Source of the DNA: Candidatus Phycocordibacter aenigmaticus
GTDB lineage: Bacteria > Patescibacteriota > Minisyncoccia > Phycocordibacterales > Phycocordibacteraceae
Direction of reading: 5' to 3'
Assembly: GCA_045401115.1 (NCBI GenBank)
Contig: CP174359.1
Location: forward strand, 419,247-483,246
DNA length: 64,000 bases
Position numbers and translations under genes: made by a program. Below, piece after piece: positions 1 through 9,484 of the stretch (positions are counted from its first letter, which is position 1; each line of letters starts with the position of its first letter). The notes below the pieces were generated by a model. The model was not told where the DNA came from and made no database searches. It worked only from the letters and a program-made list of their open reading frames with translations.

Positions 1-1
1 T

Positions 2-502
2 GCTGATGACGATCGTCTTATCGCGGCGCTGCCGGTTTCAGTAAAAGAGAGTGTTTCTTTGGTTACCGCAAAAGGGCAGTCAATCCGTTTCAAAGAGAGT
101 GACGTTCGTGTAATGGGGCGAACTGCCGCGGGAGTATGTGGTATTAAGGTAGGTAAAGGTGATTATATTATTGGCGCCGACGTGGTGCGTAATGAAAAAG
201 AGTCATATCTGCTTGTAGTAACCGATAAGGGATATGGAAAACGTACTCCAGTAAGTGAATATAAATTACAAAAACGAGCCGGAAGTGGTATAAAAACCGC
301 AAATGTCACTGCTAAGACCGGTTCGGTTATAGCCGCTCTGATTGTTGATGAGACAATGAGTGAGTTTATTATCGCGTTAAAGAATGGTCAGGTAGTACGT
401 ACTGAATTAGAACAGGTACCAATCCTTGGTCGTGCGACACAAGGTGTGCGTGTGATGAAGTTGCGCGACGGTGACGCTATTGCAGCATTTGTAGCATTCT
501 AG
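2..502 (+). CDS. gyrA: DNA gyrase subunit A, C-terminal beta-pinwheel (5'-truncated by window)
   Basis: Repeated blade motifs VMGRTAAGV, QKRAGSG, LGRATQGV; frame open from base 2. Confidence 0.92.
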   Translation, partial: ADDDRLIAALPVSVKESVSLVTAKGQSIRFKESDVRVMGRTAAGVCGIKVGKGDYIIGADVVRNEKESYLLVVTDKGYGKRTPVSEYKLQKRAGSGIKTANVTAKTGSVIAALIVDETMSEFIIALKNGQVVRTELEQVPILGRATQGVRVMKLRDGDAIAAFVAF

Positions 503-574
503 TTTTATATCCATATATCACTGATACTGTGACACCAGACACTAATGTCTCGTGCTAGCATGTAAGGAATAGTT

Positions 575-1102
575 ATGTTTCTTCAACCAGCTGACATAGT
601 AAAGAATATGCCGTTGTACGCTGGTATGCGTATTGCAGATTTTGGTTGTGGCTGCGGAAACGTATCGTTTCTTCTTGCCGATAAGTTAGATGAATCATCA
701 ACATTGTATTCATTTGATATACACCCTGAACAAATTGCAACATTGACGCAGGAAAGAGACCGGCGCGCTATTGAATATATGTTTCCCATGCGTGCAGATT
801 TAAATACACATATTCCATTGCGCGACGATATCCTTGATGCAGGTCTTGTTTCTAATACGTTGCATGCTTTACATGATCGAGATCAGTTTTTGCGCGAGTT
901 GATACGCACACTAGTGCCAGGAGGTACAGTGTTGTTCGTTGATTGGTTGCATTCTTTTAAAAACATGGGCCCTCCTGAAAATATGGTTATTGATCCAATA
1001 ACTGCTTCCACGTTGTTTTCTAATAATGGGTTTGTTTTGGGCGCCACTATTCCTGCGGGAACACACCACTACGGTTTTCTCGCTAAGAAGCCATACCTTT
1101 AA
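575..1102 (+). CDS. Class I SAM-dependent methyltransferase
   Basis: IADFGCGCG motif I; LVPGGTVLFVDW. Confidence 0.85.
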   Translation: MFLQPADIVKNMPLYAGMRIADFGCGCGNVSFLLADKLDESSTLYSFDIHPEQIATLTQERDRRAIEYMFPMRADLNTHIPLRDDILDAGLVSNTLHALHDRDQFLRELIRTLVPGGTVLFVDWLHSFKNMGPPENMVIDPITASTLFSNNGFVLGATIPAGTHHYGFLAKKPYL

Positions 1103-1156
1103 TACTGTGGGTTATAAACTGGCAGTCATTGAGGAAAGGCTGTATCCTAAAGAGCA

Positions 1157-2446
1157 ATGAAACCGTTCCAACTCGGCATGATTGCGGCGTTTGCCCTTCT
1201 CGCCCTAATATCAATTACTATTTTTGCGACATTCTCTGGTTGTGACAGTGAGTCAGTTGGTTCGGTCACTATTTGGGGCACTGTCTCTGAAGAGACTATG
1301 AGACTCGTATTTAATGAAGTTCGTAATACACACGGCGGCTTTAACGGAGTGAGTTATGAAATGGTACCGGCGGATACTTTGATTACTAACTTAGTAGAAG
1401 CCATTGCAGCTGGGCGTGGTCCTGATTTAATCTTGTTGCCGGCAGCCTCTATTGGTAGTGAACAAGATAAATTACTTGTTATTCCATACTCTGAAATATC
1501 ACGGCGAAGTTTTCAAGACAGTTTTGTTGAGGCGGGCGAGATTTTCCTTGATGAACGTGGTGTTTTAGGATTGCCGTTTTATATTGATCCATACGTGATG
1601 TATTGGAACCGTTCGCTATTTTCACAAGCAGGTATTCCTCGTCCAGTGCGGTATTGGGATGAATTCTCAGATGTTGCTCCGCTTCTCTCACAAGCAAACG
1701 AATCAGGGACACTTACACAAAGTGCGGTGGCACTAGGTGAGTGGGGGAATGTTAATCATGCAAAAGATATCTTCTTATCATTGATTATTGGTTTAGGAAA
1801 TCCAATTGTGCAGAAAAATCAAGAAGGCGAGTATCAGGTAACTTTGACTGCACGCGGTGAAGGATCGGAATTACCAGCAGCGTCCGCGCTCCGTTTCTTT
1901 ACTGAGTTTGCCGACCCGGTACAACGTGTGTATTCATGGAATCGTTCATTACCGGAAGCGCGTGAAGCGTTTCTTGCAGGAGATTTGGCAGTCTATCTCG
2001 GTAAAGCTAGTGAGGTAACTGCTATTCGTGCTTCTAATCCTAACTTAAACTTTGATATTGCCCCATATCCTGAAGTGCGTGGTGGAGTAGTTGCTGTTCC
2101 AGCAGATTTGTATGCTTTTTCGGTGCCACGTGGCGCAAGTAACACTAGTGGCGCACTTGCGGCAGCACAGATACTTTCAAATAGTGTTGCGCAAAAAGCA
2201 CTCGTGAGTGTCACTGGGTTACCTTCGGTTCGACGCGACGTACTGTCAGTCTCTCCGGAAAATCCTTACGAAGCTACGTTTAGAGACGCTGCACTTAATG
2301 CATATTCCTTCCGTGACCCTAATCCAAAACTTTCTGACGATATCTTTAAGCGTATCGTTGAAGGTGTTTCAAGTGGTCGCTTTCGGATTAATGAAGCACT
2401 GCGTAGTGGACAGGAGGAGCTCGAAGAGCTTCTTGGGGTACAATAA
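1157..2446 (+). CDS. Extracellular solute-binding protein (sugar ABC type), membrane anchored
   Basis: N-terminal TM; AAGRGPDL, LPFYIDPYVMYWNRSLF and FLAGDLAVY motifs of family-1 SBPs. Confidence 0.85.
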   Translation: MKPFQLGMIAAFALLALISITIFATFSGCDSESVGSVTIWGTVSEETMRLVFNEVRNTHGGFNGVSYEMVPADTLITNLVEAIAAGRGPDLILLPAASIGSEQDKLLVIPYSEISRRSFQDSFVEAGEIFLDERGVLGLPFYIDPYVMYWNRSLFSQAGIPRPVRYWDEFSDVAPLLSQANESGTLTQSAVALGEWGNVNHAKDIFLSLIIGLGNPIVQKNQEGEYQVTLTARGEGSELPAASALRFFTEFADPVQRVYSWNRSLPEAREAFLAGDLAVYLGKASEVTAIRASNPNLNFDIAPYPEVRGGVVAVPADLYAFSVPRGASNTSGALAAAQILSNSVAQKALVSVTGLPSVRRDVLSVSPENPYEATFRDAALNAYSFRDPNPKLSDDIFKRIVEGVSSGRFRINEALRSGQEELEELLGVQ

Positions 2447-2476
2447 AGATACAACTTTATTGGTAATATACACATT

Positions 2477-2824
2477 ATGAAATCTTTTTTAATACATCTC
2501 TTTATACTCGCTCTTTTTGTAGCACCAAGCGCTGTGATGGCTTCAAGTCACGGCGGTCTCAATAACCCACTTGGACCAGACTCAATTTCTGAATTTTTCA
2601 CTGCACTTCTCGGATTGATTGCACAAATTGCCTTTCCTGTCGTGGTACTTTTTATTATCTTTATCGGCTTCCGTTTTGTACAACACTCAGCTACAGGAGA
2701 TGCAGAGGGGCTCAAGAAGGACCGAGAATACTTTCTTTGGGCGTTAGTGGGTGCGTTGCTAGTACTTGGTGCACAAGCACTATCATTCGCTATTGAAGCA
2801 ACTGTTAATAATCTTACGCCGTAA
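2477..2824 (+). CDS. TrbC/VirB2-like pilin (CPR type)
   Basis: Signal peptide, LNNPL, two TM helices linked by GDAEGLKK..FLWALVG. Confidence 0.75.
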   Translation: MKSFLIHLFILALFVAPSAVMASSHGGLNNPLGPDSISEFFTALLGLIAQIAFPVVVLFIIFIGFRFVQHSATGDAEGLKKDREYFLWALVGALLVLGAQALSFAIEATVNNLTP

Positions 2825-2829
2825 TTACT

Positions 2830-3135
2830 ATGGGAAACGATCTTACTGACTTCATTAATCAGCTTACAGGAATCATCAGCGCGATCATCCCGATTCTCGT
2901 ATCGTTAGCACTCCTTTTCTTTGTGTGGGGACTTGCTCAGTGGCTCTTAAATATGGCTGATTCAGAAAAGCACAAGGAGGGTAAACAACGTATGATGTGG
3001 GGCATTATTGCATTATTCTTTATTGTGTCAGTGAGCGGTCTTATTATGGTACTCCAAGCAACCTTTTTCGGGATGTCTGCAGGTTCGCTGTCACCGAATA
3101 AAGATTCTCAGCCGACTAAGTCGTTTGGTTTCTAA
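2830..3135 (+). CDS. TrbC/VirB2-like pilin paralog
   Basis: FFVWG...EGKQRMMWGIIALF two-TM pattern. Confidence 0.75.
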   Translation: MGNDLTDFINQLTGIISAIIPILVSLALLFFVWGLAQWLLNMADSEKHKEGKQRMMWGIIALFFIVSVSGLIMVLQATFFGMSAGSLSPNKDSQPTKSFGF

Positions 3136-3245
3136 TAACATTTTGAAACTGTGCGATATCCACATAGGCACGCATAAAATCAATGCGGAGAGCAGTAAAT
3201 GCTATACTAGAGGGGTACTATAACTATAGATAATATAAAAACATT

Positions 3246-3533
3246 ATGACAACGTTAAATGATATTTTGCAAACTATCGCTGGCTTAATTGACCTTGCAA
3301 CACCAATTGTGGTTGCTCTTGCACTGCTGTACTTCTTCTGGGGTCTTGCGCAGTACATCCTTAATGCAGGCGATGAGAACAAGAAGAAAGAAGGTCGTGA
3401 AATCATGATCTGGGGCATTATTGCTCTCTTCGTTATGGTTTCTATCTGGGGTATTGTAAACGTCATCCAAGACACGTTTGACCTTCGTGGCGGTACTATT
3501 GAAGTGCCACAAGTTGAGACCAACAATAGGTAA
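3246..3533 (+). CDS. TrbC/VirB2-like pilin paralog
   Basis: FFWG...EGREIMIWGIIALF pattern; own TATACT -10 upstream. Confidence 0.75.
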   Translation: MTTLNDILQTIAGLIDLATPIVVALALLYFFWGLAQYILNAGDENKKKEGREIMIWGIIALFVMVSIWGIVNVIQDTFDLRGGTIEVPQVETNNR

Positions 3534-3538
3534 ACTGT

Positions 3539-3751
3539 GTGAGTGAGGAACAGTATACAGGAAATGAAAAAGACGTAACGCCTGCAAATGCGCTCGGAAG
3601 ACTTTCTGAGCGTACGCAGGCGTCTCGTTTTACCGGATTACTTATCGCGTTGGTGTTGGTTTTTGTATTAGCGCTTTTAATCGGTTTAGTGGTACGAGGT
3701 GTCACGGGTAAGGAAAATGTCCCTGAAGTACCACGTGTCAATCAACAATAA
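3539..3751 (+). CDS. Small single-TM hypothetical protein
   Basis: ORF fills the gap in the pilin cluster; one hydrophobic helix. Confidence 0.55.
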   Translation: MSEEQYTGNEKDVTPANALGRLSERTQASRFTGLLIALVLVFVLALLIGLVVRGVTGKENVPEVPRVNQQ

Positions 3752-3760
3752 CCCCTGCAT

Positions 3761-4021
3761 ATGAACGATCTCTCAATCTTTATAGATAACTTTGTACGTT
3801 TTATTATCAATCCACTGATCGGACTTCTTATGGCTTTGGCGGTTGTGTATTTCTTATGGGGAGCAGCACAGTTGGTACTCAACGGAGGAAGCGAAGAGGG
3901 GAGAAAGAAAGGTAAAGATGCTTTATTGTGGGGATTAATTGGTCTCTTTATTATGGTTGCTGTTTTCGGTATTCTACGTGTCGTCGTAGGTACATTTGTG
4001 CCTGAAGCAGTGACTTTCTAG
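3761..4021 (+). CDS. TrbC/VirB2-like pilin paralog
   Basis: FLWG...KGKDALLWGLIGLF pattern. Confidence 0.75.
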   Translation: MNDLSIFIDNFVRFIINPLIGLLMALAVVYFLWGAAQLVLNGGSEEGRKKGKDALLWGLIGLFIMVAVFGILRVVVGTFVPEAVTF

Positions 4022-4114
4022 GGGTTATATTTTAGAGCGACAAATAGCATTTTATTTGATACAGTATCTACGCTGCTCTTGTGGCAGCATTGTTCTTTAC
4101 AGGATGTGTCATAT

Positions 4115-4196
4115 GGGCGAGTGGCGGAATTGGTAGACGCGCGTGGCTTAGGACCACGTATCTTCGGATGTGGAGGTTCGAGTCCTCTCTCGCCCA
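4115..4196 (+). tRNA. tRNA-Leu(TAG)
   Basis: GGGCGAG/CTCGCCC acceptor, CGTGG-CTTAGGA-CCACG anticodon arm, long variable arm, GGTTCGAGTCC; no encoded CCA. Confidence 0.95.
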
Positions 4197-4443
4197 CAAA
4201 ATTTAAAATCCTCAAAGTGTAAGCTTTGGGGATTTTTAAATTGCATAGAGGCGAAGAGGACTCGAAAGACGGAGGCGGTATACAAGACGAACGAAGTGAG
4301 TGCTTGTCGCCGAGGCCGGGCAGGAGGTCCTTATGCGCGTAAGCGAATTAGGAACCTGACGCCGAGCCTCTCTCGCCCACAAAATTTAAAACCTCAGAGT
4401 GTGAGCTCTGGGGATTTTTATATTTCGTAGAGGGGGAGAGGAA
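4197..4443 (+). repeat. tRNA-3'-linked element, 1 unit (core type B)
   Basis: Hairpin; antisense tRNA end GGCGAAGAGGACTCGAA (4250-4266); core; sense copy CGAGCCTCTCTCGCCCACAAAATTTAAAA (4363-4391); repeated hairpin. Confidence 0.85.
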
Positions 4444-4495
4444 TGGCTACAAATAAATAAACCGCACACGAGGAGTGCGCGGTTTATTTATTTTG

Positions 4496-4578
4496 TGCCG
4501 GGAGTGGGACTCGAACCCACACGGCCGAACGGCCCGGGGATTTTAAGTCCCCTATGTCTACCATTCCATCACCCCGGC
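4496..4578 (-). tRNA. tRNA-Leu(TAA)
   Basis: Reverse complement GCCGGGG...GGGGA-CTTAAAA-TCCCC...GGTTCGAGTCCCACTCCCGGCA. Confidence 0.95.
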
Positions 4579-4752
4579 AAGGGATTAAGATACAACATGC
4601 TAGTATCTAGTGTATTGTATCTTGGCCTGCCACTGGAGCAAGCTTTGCTTACCTCGGTAAAGAACTAAATAAAACAGACTGTAATGTTCTATTTTTATTA
4701 TATCCAAGATAAGCAATTCTTATCTTGGCAGCGTCAACACTTGTGTGTCAGC

Positions 4753-4827
4753 TGGAGGCCACGGCGGGAATCGAACCCGCGCATCGAGGTTTTGCAGACC
4801 CCTGTGTTTCCACTTCACCACGTGGCC
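4753..4827 (-). tRNA. tRNA-Cys(GCA)
   Basis: Reverse complement GGCCACG...CTGCAAA...GGTTCGATTCCCGCCGTGGCCTCCA; encoded CCA. Confidence 0.95.
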
Positions 4828-5227
4828 AATATCAACAAGAATACTACGATATAGAGCATAAACAAAGAGGGCTATAAAAAATGGAATTAATTTGCTAGAG
4901 TATGCAGTATCGCCTATGAGAGATATCTTATGGGTGATCACTACCGCCTGGAAGAAAAATCTTGCAGGCGGGGCGTGGTAACATAATGCGCTCATCCTTT
5001 TGCTTCACAGCAACAAGAAAGTAAGTAAAACTTTCTTTCGGCGAAGGTTCGAGTATAAAAAATATTTTATACTCCTCACTCTTCTTGAAAGTAAACAAGC
5101 TTCCTTTCTTGTCTTGTTCGCAAAAGACGCGCATTATCGTGAAGCACTACCGCCTGTAAGAGAAATCTTTCAGACGTTCATTTCGGAGATAATGTGAAAG
5201 CAAGCTTTCTCGTTATCCTCCTCAATT

Positions 5228-5299
5228 CCGCCTGTAGCTCAATGGTAGAGCAGCGGCCTTTTAAGCCGTTGGTTGAAGGTTCGAGTCCTTCCGGGCGGA
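5228..5299 (+). tRNA. tRNA-Lys(TTT)
   Basis: CCGCCTG/CGGGCGG acceptor, TAGCTCAATGGTAGAGC D arm, GCGGC-CTTTTAA-GCCGT anticodon arm. Confidence 0.95.
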
Positions 5300-5640
5300 C
5301 ACGTTTTAAAAACAGCATCCCATGCTGTTTTTTTCGTGCCGCCCGGAAGGACTCGAACCAGAAAGGGGGTCGGGGGAACTGGGTGTTCCCCCGTGGAGGA
5401 GGTTACACGGAACCGTGGGTTCCGTGAGCGCAGGTGAGAATACACCGAGCAGTGAGATTCCTAGTGGGCGGACTTGATAGGAAAAAGCAAACTGCTTTGC
5501 TTTTTCCGATACAAGTCCGAGGCGGAGGCATGTTTCATTTTTGCTGCAGTTCATGGCAAAAATGAAAAGCCGAGCCGTGGTCAAGCGCACTTAGTAGATT
5601 TCAAGCGAAGCGAAGAAATATACTTAGTGACGGGTGACGA
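5300..5640 (+). repeat. tRNA-3'-linked element, 2 units (core types A and C)
   Basis: Perfect 21-nt antisense CCGCCCGGAAGGACTCGAACC (5339-5359); core A; degenerate sense end TTCCTAGTGGGCGGAC; hairpin; second core starting GGCGGAGGCATGT (5521). Confidence 0.85.
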
Positions 5641-5710
5641 TATGATAAAAATGATTTATATACGCCTGTAAATTTGAAACCATAAAATAAAACACTTCGT
5701 TTAAAGTGTT

Positions 5711-6025
5711 TTATTTTTCTTCTTCGTTATATTCTTCAGCGCCGGAATATCCTCCAAGATGTGGATCAGGAAGAAATTTAACACGAGGGAGGTATTTTAA
5801 AGAAACTGATTTTTTAAGATAACGCTTAAACTCATCGCGATTACGATTAAGAAAATCTGTTGCTGCATGGAGACCAGTTTCAGGGAATGCACTAATAAAA
5901 ATATTTGCACAACCACGTTGATCAACTTGAACTCCCGTAACCGTAATCATTGTTTGACGGTTTGACTCACGGTTAATAAAATCCGACGCTGCTTTTTTTA
6001 GGGCCTCAGCCGCACGCTCCTTCAT
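5711..6025 (-). CDS. rbfA: Ribosome-binding factor A
   Basis: MITVTGV..ANIFIS and LKYLPRVKF motifs; directly downstream of infB. Confidence 0.85.
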   Translation of the reverse strand: MKERAAEALKKAASDFINRESNRQTMITVTGVQVDQRGCANIFISAFPETGLHAATDFLNRNRDEFKRYLKKSVSLKYLPRVKFLPDPHLGGYSGAEEYNEEEK

Positions 6026-6027
6026 AT

Positions 6028-7524
6028 CTATGATTCTTTGGTACGTGTTTCAATATAATCACCTCCAGTAATATCAGCTTTCGATTCAATTTGGGCACCA
6101 AATTCGGCTCCTTCGCTGACGCTCGACACATCTGATTTCTGTGTTTGAACATTAAGCACTTTTCCATGTCCCACATCAATATCACGACGTTTAATAATTA
6201 CTGAGGCACCGCGTTCAATTGTCCCGCTTTCTACGCGACCACCAACCACATGCTTTGAGCCAGTAGTAGAGAAGTGTTTTAATATTTTTGCGTTTCCCGT
6301 CACAATAATTTCTGGTTCTTTTGGGGCAATACGTTCAACCTCTGTGTGCAACCAATCAACTAGTTCATAGATAATCTCTTTACTTTCAAGACGTACGTTA
6401 TTTCGTTCTGCTAAATCTTTTGCTGATGAATCAACTTTTACATTAAATCCGGCAATTATTGAATCTTCAAAACCAACGAGTTGCTTTACGTCATTTTCAG
6501 AAATAGCACCCACACCTATATCAGCAATAATGAGCCGAGCATTTTCTTGTGGCATTTTATCAAGCTCATACTGTAACGCTTCAATTGATCCGGCAGTATC
6601 TGCCTTTAAAATAATACGAATTGGTTTTTTAGTGTCCTGAGCATCATGAACATTTTGTGCCGGCAGTGGCGGTTCACCTGCTGCAGCAGCAGCCTCTGCT
6701 TCTTTTTTACTTTTTACTACATACATTTCACTACCCACGCGCGGTTCTTTGGAAAAACCTATAATTTTTGCCGGTTGACCACATGATATTTCTTTTACTT
6801 TCTCCCCAAGGGTATTTTCAATAATTCGCAGTGGAGCAAACGCATCATCAGCAACGGCAAATGAACCTGCAGAAAAAGTTCCATCACGTACAACAACTGT
6901 TGCGGCAACACCGCTTTTTGGATCACGGCTTGATTCAATAACTACCGCGCGCGGTGGAAGACTTGTATCGCAGTGAATATCTTCAAGATCGGTTACTAAG
7001 AGGATGATATCCAAAAGTTCATCAATACCTTCACCTGTTTTTGATGAAACTGCCACGTGAGGCACTGAACCACCAAGGCCTTCAAGGTAAATTCCTTCTT
7101 TCATGACCGTCTCTTTCGCGTGATTGAGATTTGCGTTTTCTTTATCTATTTTAGTAAACGCAACGATATATGGAATATCAGCTTTAGTAATTGCGTTCCA
7201 TGCCTCAATTGTCTGTGGTTTTACTCCGTCGTCAGCAGCGACAACAAGAATAGCAATATCGGCGGCTGAGGCTCCACGGCGACGCATTTCCTGGAATGCT
7301 TCGTGTCCCGGGGTGTCAATAAAAGAAATAGCGCGCGCAGCTCCTTCTTTAGGGGTATGGTTAAGTTCATAGGCGGAAATTCCTTGAGTGATACCTCCTG
7401 TTTCTCCTTCGGCTACTTTTGCCTTTCGGATATAGTCTAAGAGTGACGTCTTTCCGTGATCAATGTGTCCAACAACAGCGACGACGGGCTGTACTCTTTT
7501 CTTTGATGTAGGTGTTTTAGGCAT
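6028..7524 (-). CDS. infB: Translation initiation factor IF-2 (short form without N-terminal domain)
   Basis: GHIDHGKT, GGITQ, DTPGHEAF, TKID GTPase motifs; ATG start at 7524. Confidence 0.95.
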   Translation of the reverse strand: MPKTPTSKKRVQPVVAVVGHIDHGKTSLLDYIRKAKVAEGETGGITQGISAYELNHTPKEGAARAISFIDTPGHEAFQEMRRRGASAADIAILVVAADDGVKPQTIEAWNAITKADIPYIVAFTKIDKENANLNHAKETVMKEGIYLEGLGGSVPHVAVSSKTGEGIDELLDIILLVTDLEDIHCDTSLPPRAVVIESSRDPKSGVAATVVVRDGTFSAGSFAVADDAFAPLRIIENTLGEKVKEISCGQPAKIIGFSKEPRVGSEMYVVKSKKEAEAAAAAGEPPLPAQNVHDAQDTKKPIRIILKADTAGSIEALQYELDKMPQENARLIIADIGVGAISENDVKQLVGFEDSIIAGFNVKVDSSAKDLAERNNVRLESKEIIYELVDWLHTEVERIAPKEPEIIVTGNAKILKHFSTTGSKHVVGGRVESGTIERGASVIIKRRDIDVGHGKVLNVQTQKSDVSSVSEGAEFGAQIESKADITGGDYIETRTKES

Positions 7525-7599
7525 AATTAATCCTAAGCAAAACACGTAACTGCTTGAAAAGCAATAAGGACATTCTTATGTGCACCTGACAAGGGCGCT

Positions 7600-8100
7600 T
7601 TATGAAAGTGATTGTCGAGCTTGTTTGATTACTTGATTTTCTTCATCTGACAATTCGCGTTCAGATGTAAATGTTTTAACTTCTTTAGCATAGACTCGTA
7701 CGCCGTCACGTGAATGGATGCCAGACAACACTATCCCGTTACCTCCCTCATTAACCAAGGCAGCAACAAAACTTTGTTGCCCACCTGCGTTTTGGAAAGG
7801 ATCAAAATGTGTAAGTGCAACACCACGCACACTATGCGCTAAACGACCATCGACATTTTCAAGTGCACGTTCAGTCGTTTGTGCGTGTGATTCAAGTTGT
7901 CCTACTCGAGTTTCAAGGCTCACAATTATATCTTCAAGCGATGTTCCGCTTTTTCCTTTAGTTAAACGATTAATGCGAATGTTTAAAAAAATAACGCAAA
8001 TAAGTAGCACAATACCGATGATGCTGAGCGCCAAAAGTACCGGCTTATTTTGAACTACATATAGGAAATAATTGAACGCGGTGTCGACGTATTCATTCAT
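7600..8100 (-). CDS. DUF4446-like membrane-anchored coiled-coil protein
   Basis: TM, coiled coil, FDPFQNAGGQQSF..SRDGVRVYAK..LSDEE motif. Confidence 0.75.
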   Translation of the reverse strand: MNEYVDTAFNYFLYVVQNKPVLLALSIIGIVLLICVIFLNIRINRLTKGKSGTSLEDIIVSLETRVGQLESHAQTTERALENVDGRLAHSVRGVALTHFDPFQNAGGQQSFVAALVNEGGNGIVLSGIHSRDGVRVYAKEVKTFTSERELSDEENQVIKQARQSLS

Positions 8101-8194
8101 ACCTATGTAGTATACCTTGAGCTGTAAGATTTTATAGTTTAAAAAGTGAGTATCGGAGTAGGTTTGTATATATTTTTAGCGTACAATATTTTTT

Positions 8195-9409
8195 ATGTGG
8201 TTTAAAAAAAGACGTCTTTACATGGATTTTGCTGCTGCTACTCCGCTTGCACCAGAAGTGCGAAAAGAAATGCAGCGCGGTTTTGATGCATACGCAAACC
8301 CATCATCTCCTCATCAAGAAGCGCGTATAGCAAAAGATCTTTTAGAAGAAGCACGTACACGTACAGCACGTGCGCTTGGCGTAAAACCTGCAACCATTAC
8401 TTTTACCGGCAGCGGTACAGAAAGTAATAATCTGGCAGTGTATGGAGTTGTTGAGGCACTCTTGAAACGTGGCGCAAAGCCTGAAGAGTTGCATATTATC
8501 GCATCAGGCTTTGAGCATCCTTCACTGGGAGATCCGATTTCGTATTGGGCACGTCGAGGTGTTGCTATTTCATTAGTAGCGCCTAATGAAGAGGGAATTA
8601 TTACCCCCGATGCAGTAGCGGCATTAATCCGCCCAGAGACCGTACTCGTTTCAATCGTTGCGGTGCAATCTGAAATTGGTCAAATTCAACCGCTCCGTGA
8701 GATTGCACAATCACTAGAAGAGGTGCGCCGTAAACGGGCTCAGACCGCGCAGCAGTATGCGCCAGAAGCATTGTTTCCAATTCTTCATTCGGATGCCAGT
8801 CAATCATTATTGTTTGTTGATCTATCGCCACAACATTTACAAGTTGATATTGCGACATATGATGCACAAAAACTGATGGGGCCAAAAGGGGTGGGAGTGC
8901 TGTACAAACATTCGCGTGTTCCTATGGATCCATTACTGCGTGGAGGGAAGCAAGAACGTGGCCTCCGTGCGGGAACCGAAAATGTTGCAGGGGCGCTTGG
9001 TGTGGCGCGTGCTACGGAAGAGGCTGTGCGACATCGTGTAAAAAATGTTGCTCGTGCGACAACAGTGCAACATTATTTTATTTCGCTCTTGGAAAAAGAG
9101 TTACCTCAGATAACCATAAACGGAGGTATGAAACATAGAATTGCAAATAATATTAATATTTCTGTTCCTGGGGCCGATGGTGATTATCTTGCAGTATTAC
9201 TCGATAAAGCAGGTGTCGCAGTTGCGGCGCGTTCAGCTTGCATTGCTTCTGGTACGCCATCAAAAACAGTTGCGCAGCTTGGGAAAGGAGAAGCACTGGC
9301 TCGTGGCACTATTCGTTTTAGTTTTACTCCCACAGTTACCAAAGATGATGCGCGGCGTGCAGTTAATGCACTTAAAACTGCACTCGATGTTATTGACTTA
9401 CCGAGCTAA
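8195..9409 (+). CDS. iscS: Cysteine desulfurase (IscS/NifS family, PLP)
   Basis: YMDFAAATP, ANPSS, FTGSGTESNN, AQKLMGPKG, RAGTEN and SAC catalytic Cys. Confidence 0.9.
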   Translation: MWFKKRRLYMDFAAATPLAPEVRKEMQRGFDAYANPSSPHQEARIAKDLLEEARTRTARALGVKPATITFTGSGTESNNLAVYGVVEALLKRGAKPEELHIIASGFEHPSLGDPISYWARRGVAISLVAPNEEGIITPDAVAALIRPETVLVSIVAVQSEIGQIQPLREIAQSLEEVRRKRAQTAQQYAPEALFPILHSDASQSLLFVDLSPQHLQVDIATYDAQKLMGPKGVGVLYKHSRVPMDPLLRGGKQERGLRAGTENVAGALGVARATEEAVRHRVKNVARATTVQHYFISLLEKELPQITINGGMKHRIANNINISVPGADGDYLAVLLDKAGVAVAARSACIASGTPSKTVAQLGKGEALARGTIRFSFTPTVTKDDARRAVNALKTALDVIDLPS

Positions 9410-9484
9410 TATTCTATAATAGCGATAGAGTTATTCTAGTAAAATATAGAATTACATAATGACGCTGTAGTATACTAAAAGTAA

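Noticed and set aside
5339-5473. Additional minus-strand tRNA or tmRNA suggested by TTCGA T-loops in the antisense arms
   Set aside because: No D arm or anticodon arm, incomplete T stem and no tag ORF.
4018-5671. Short ORFs overlapping tRNAs and elements (also 13138-13641, 16897-17215, 29536-29992)
   Set aside because: Translations of structured non-coding DNA; their mutual similarity reflects the repeat cores.
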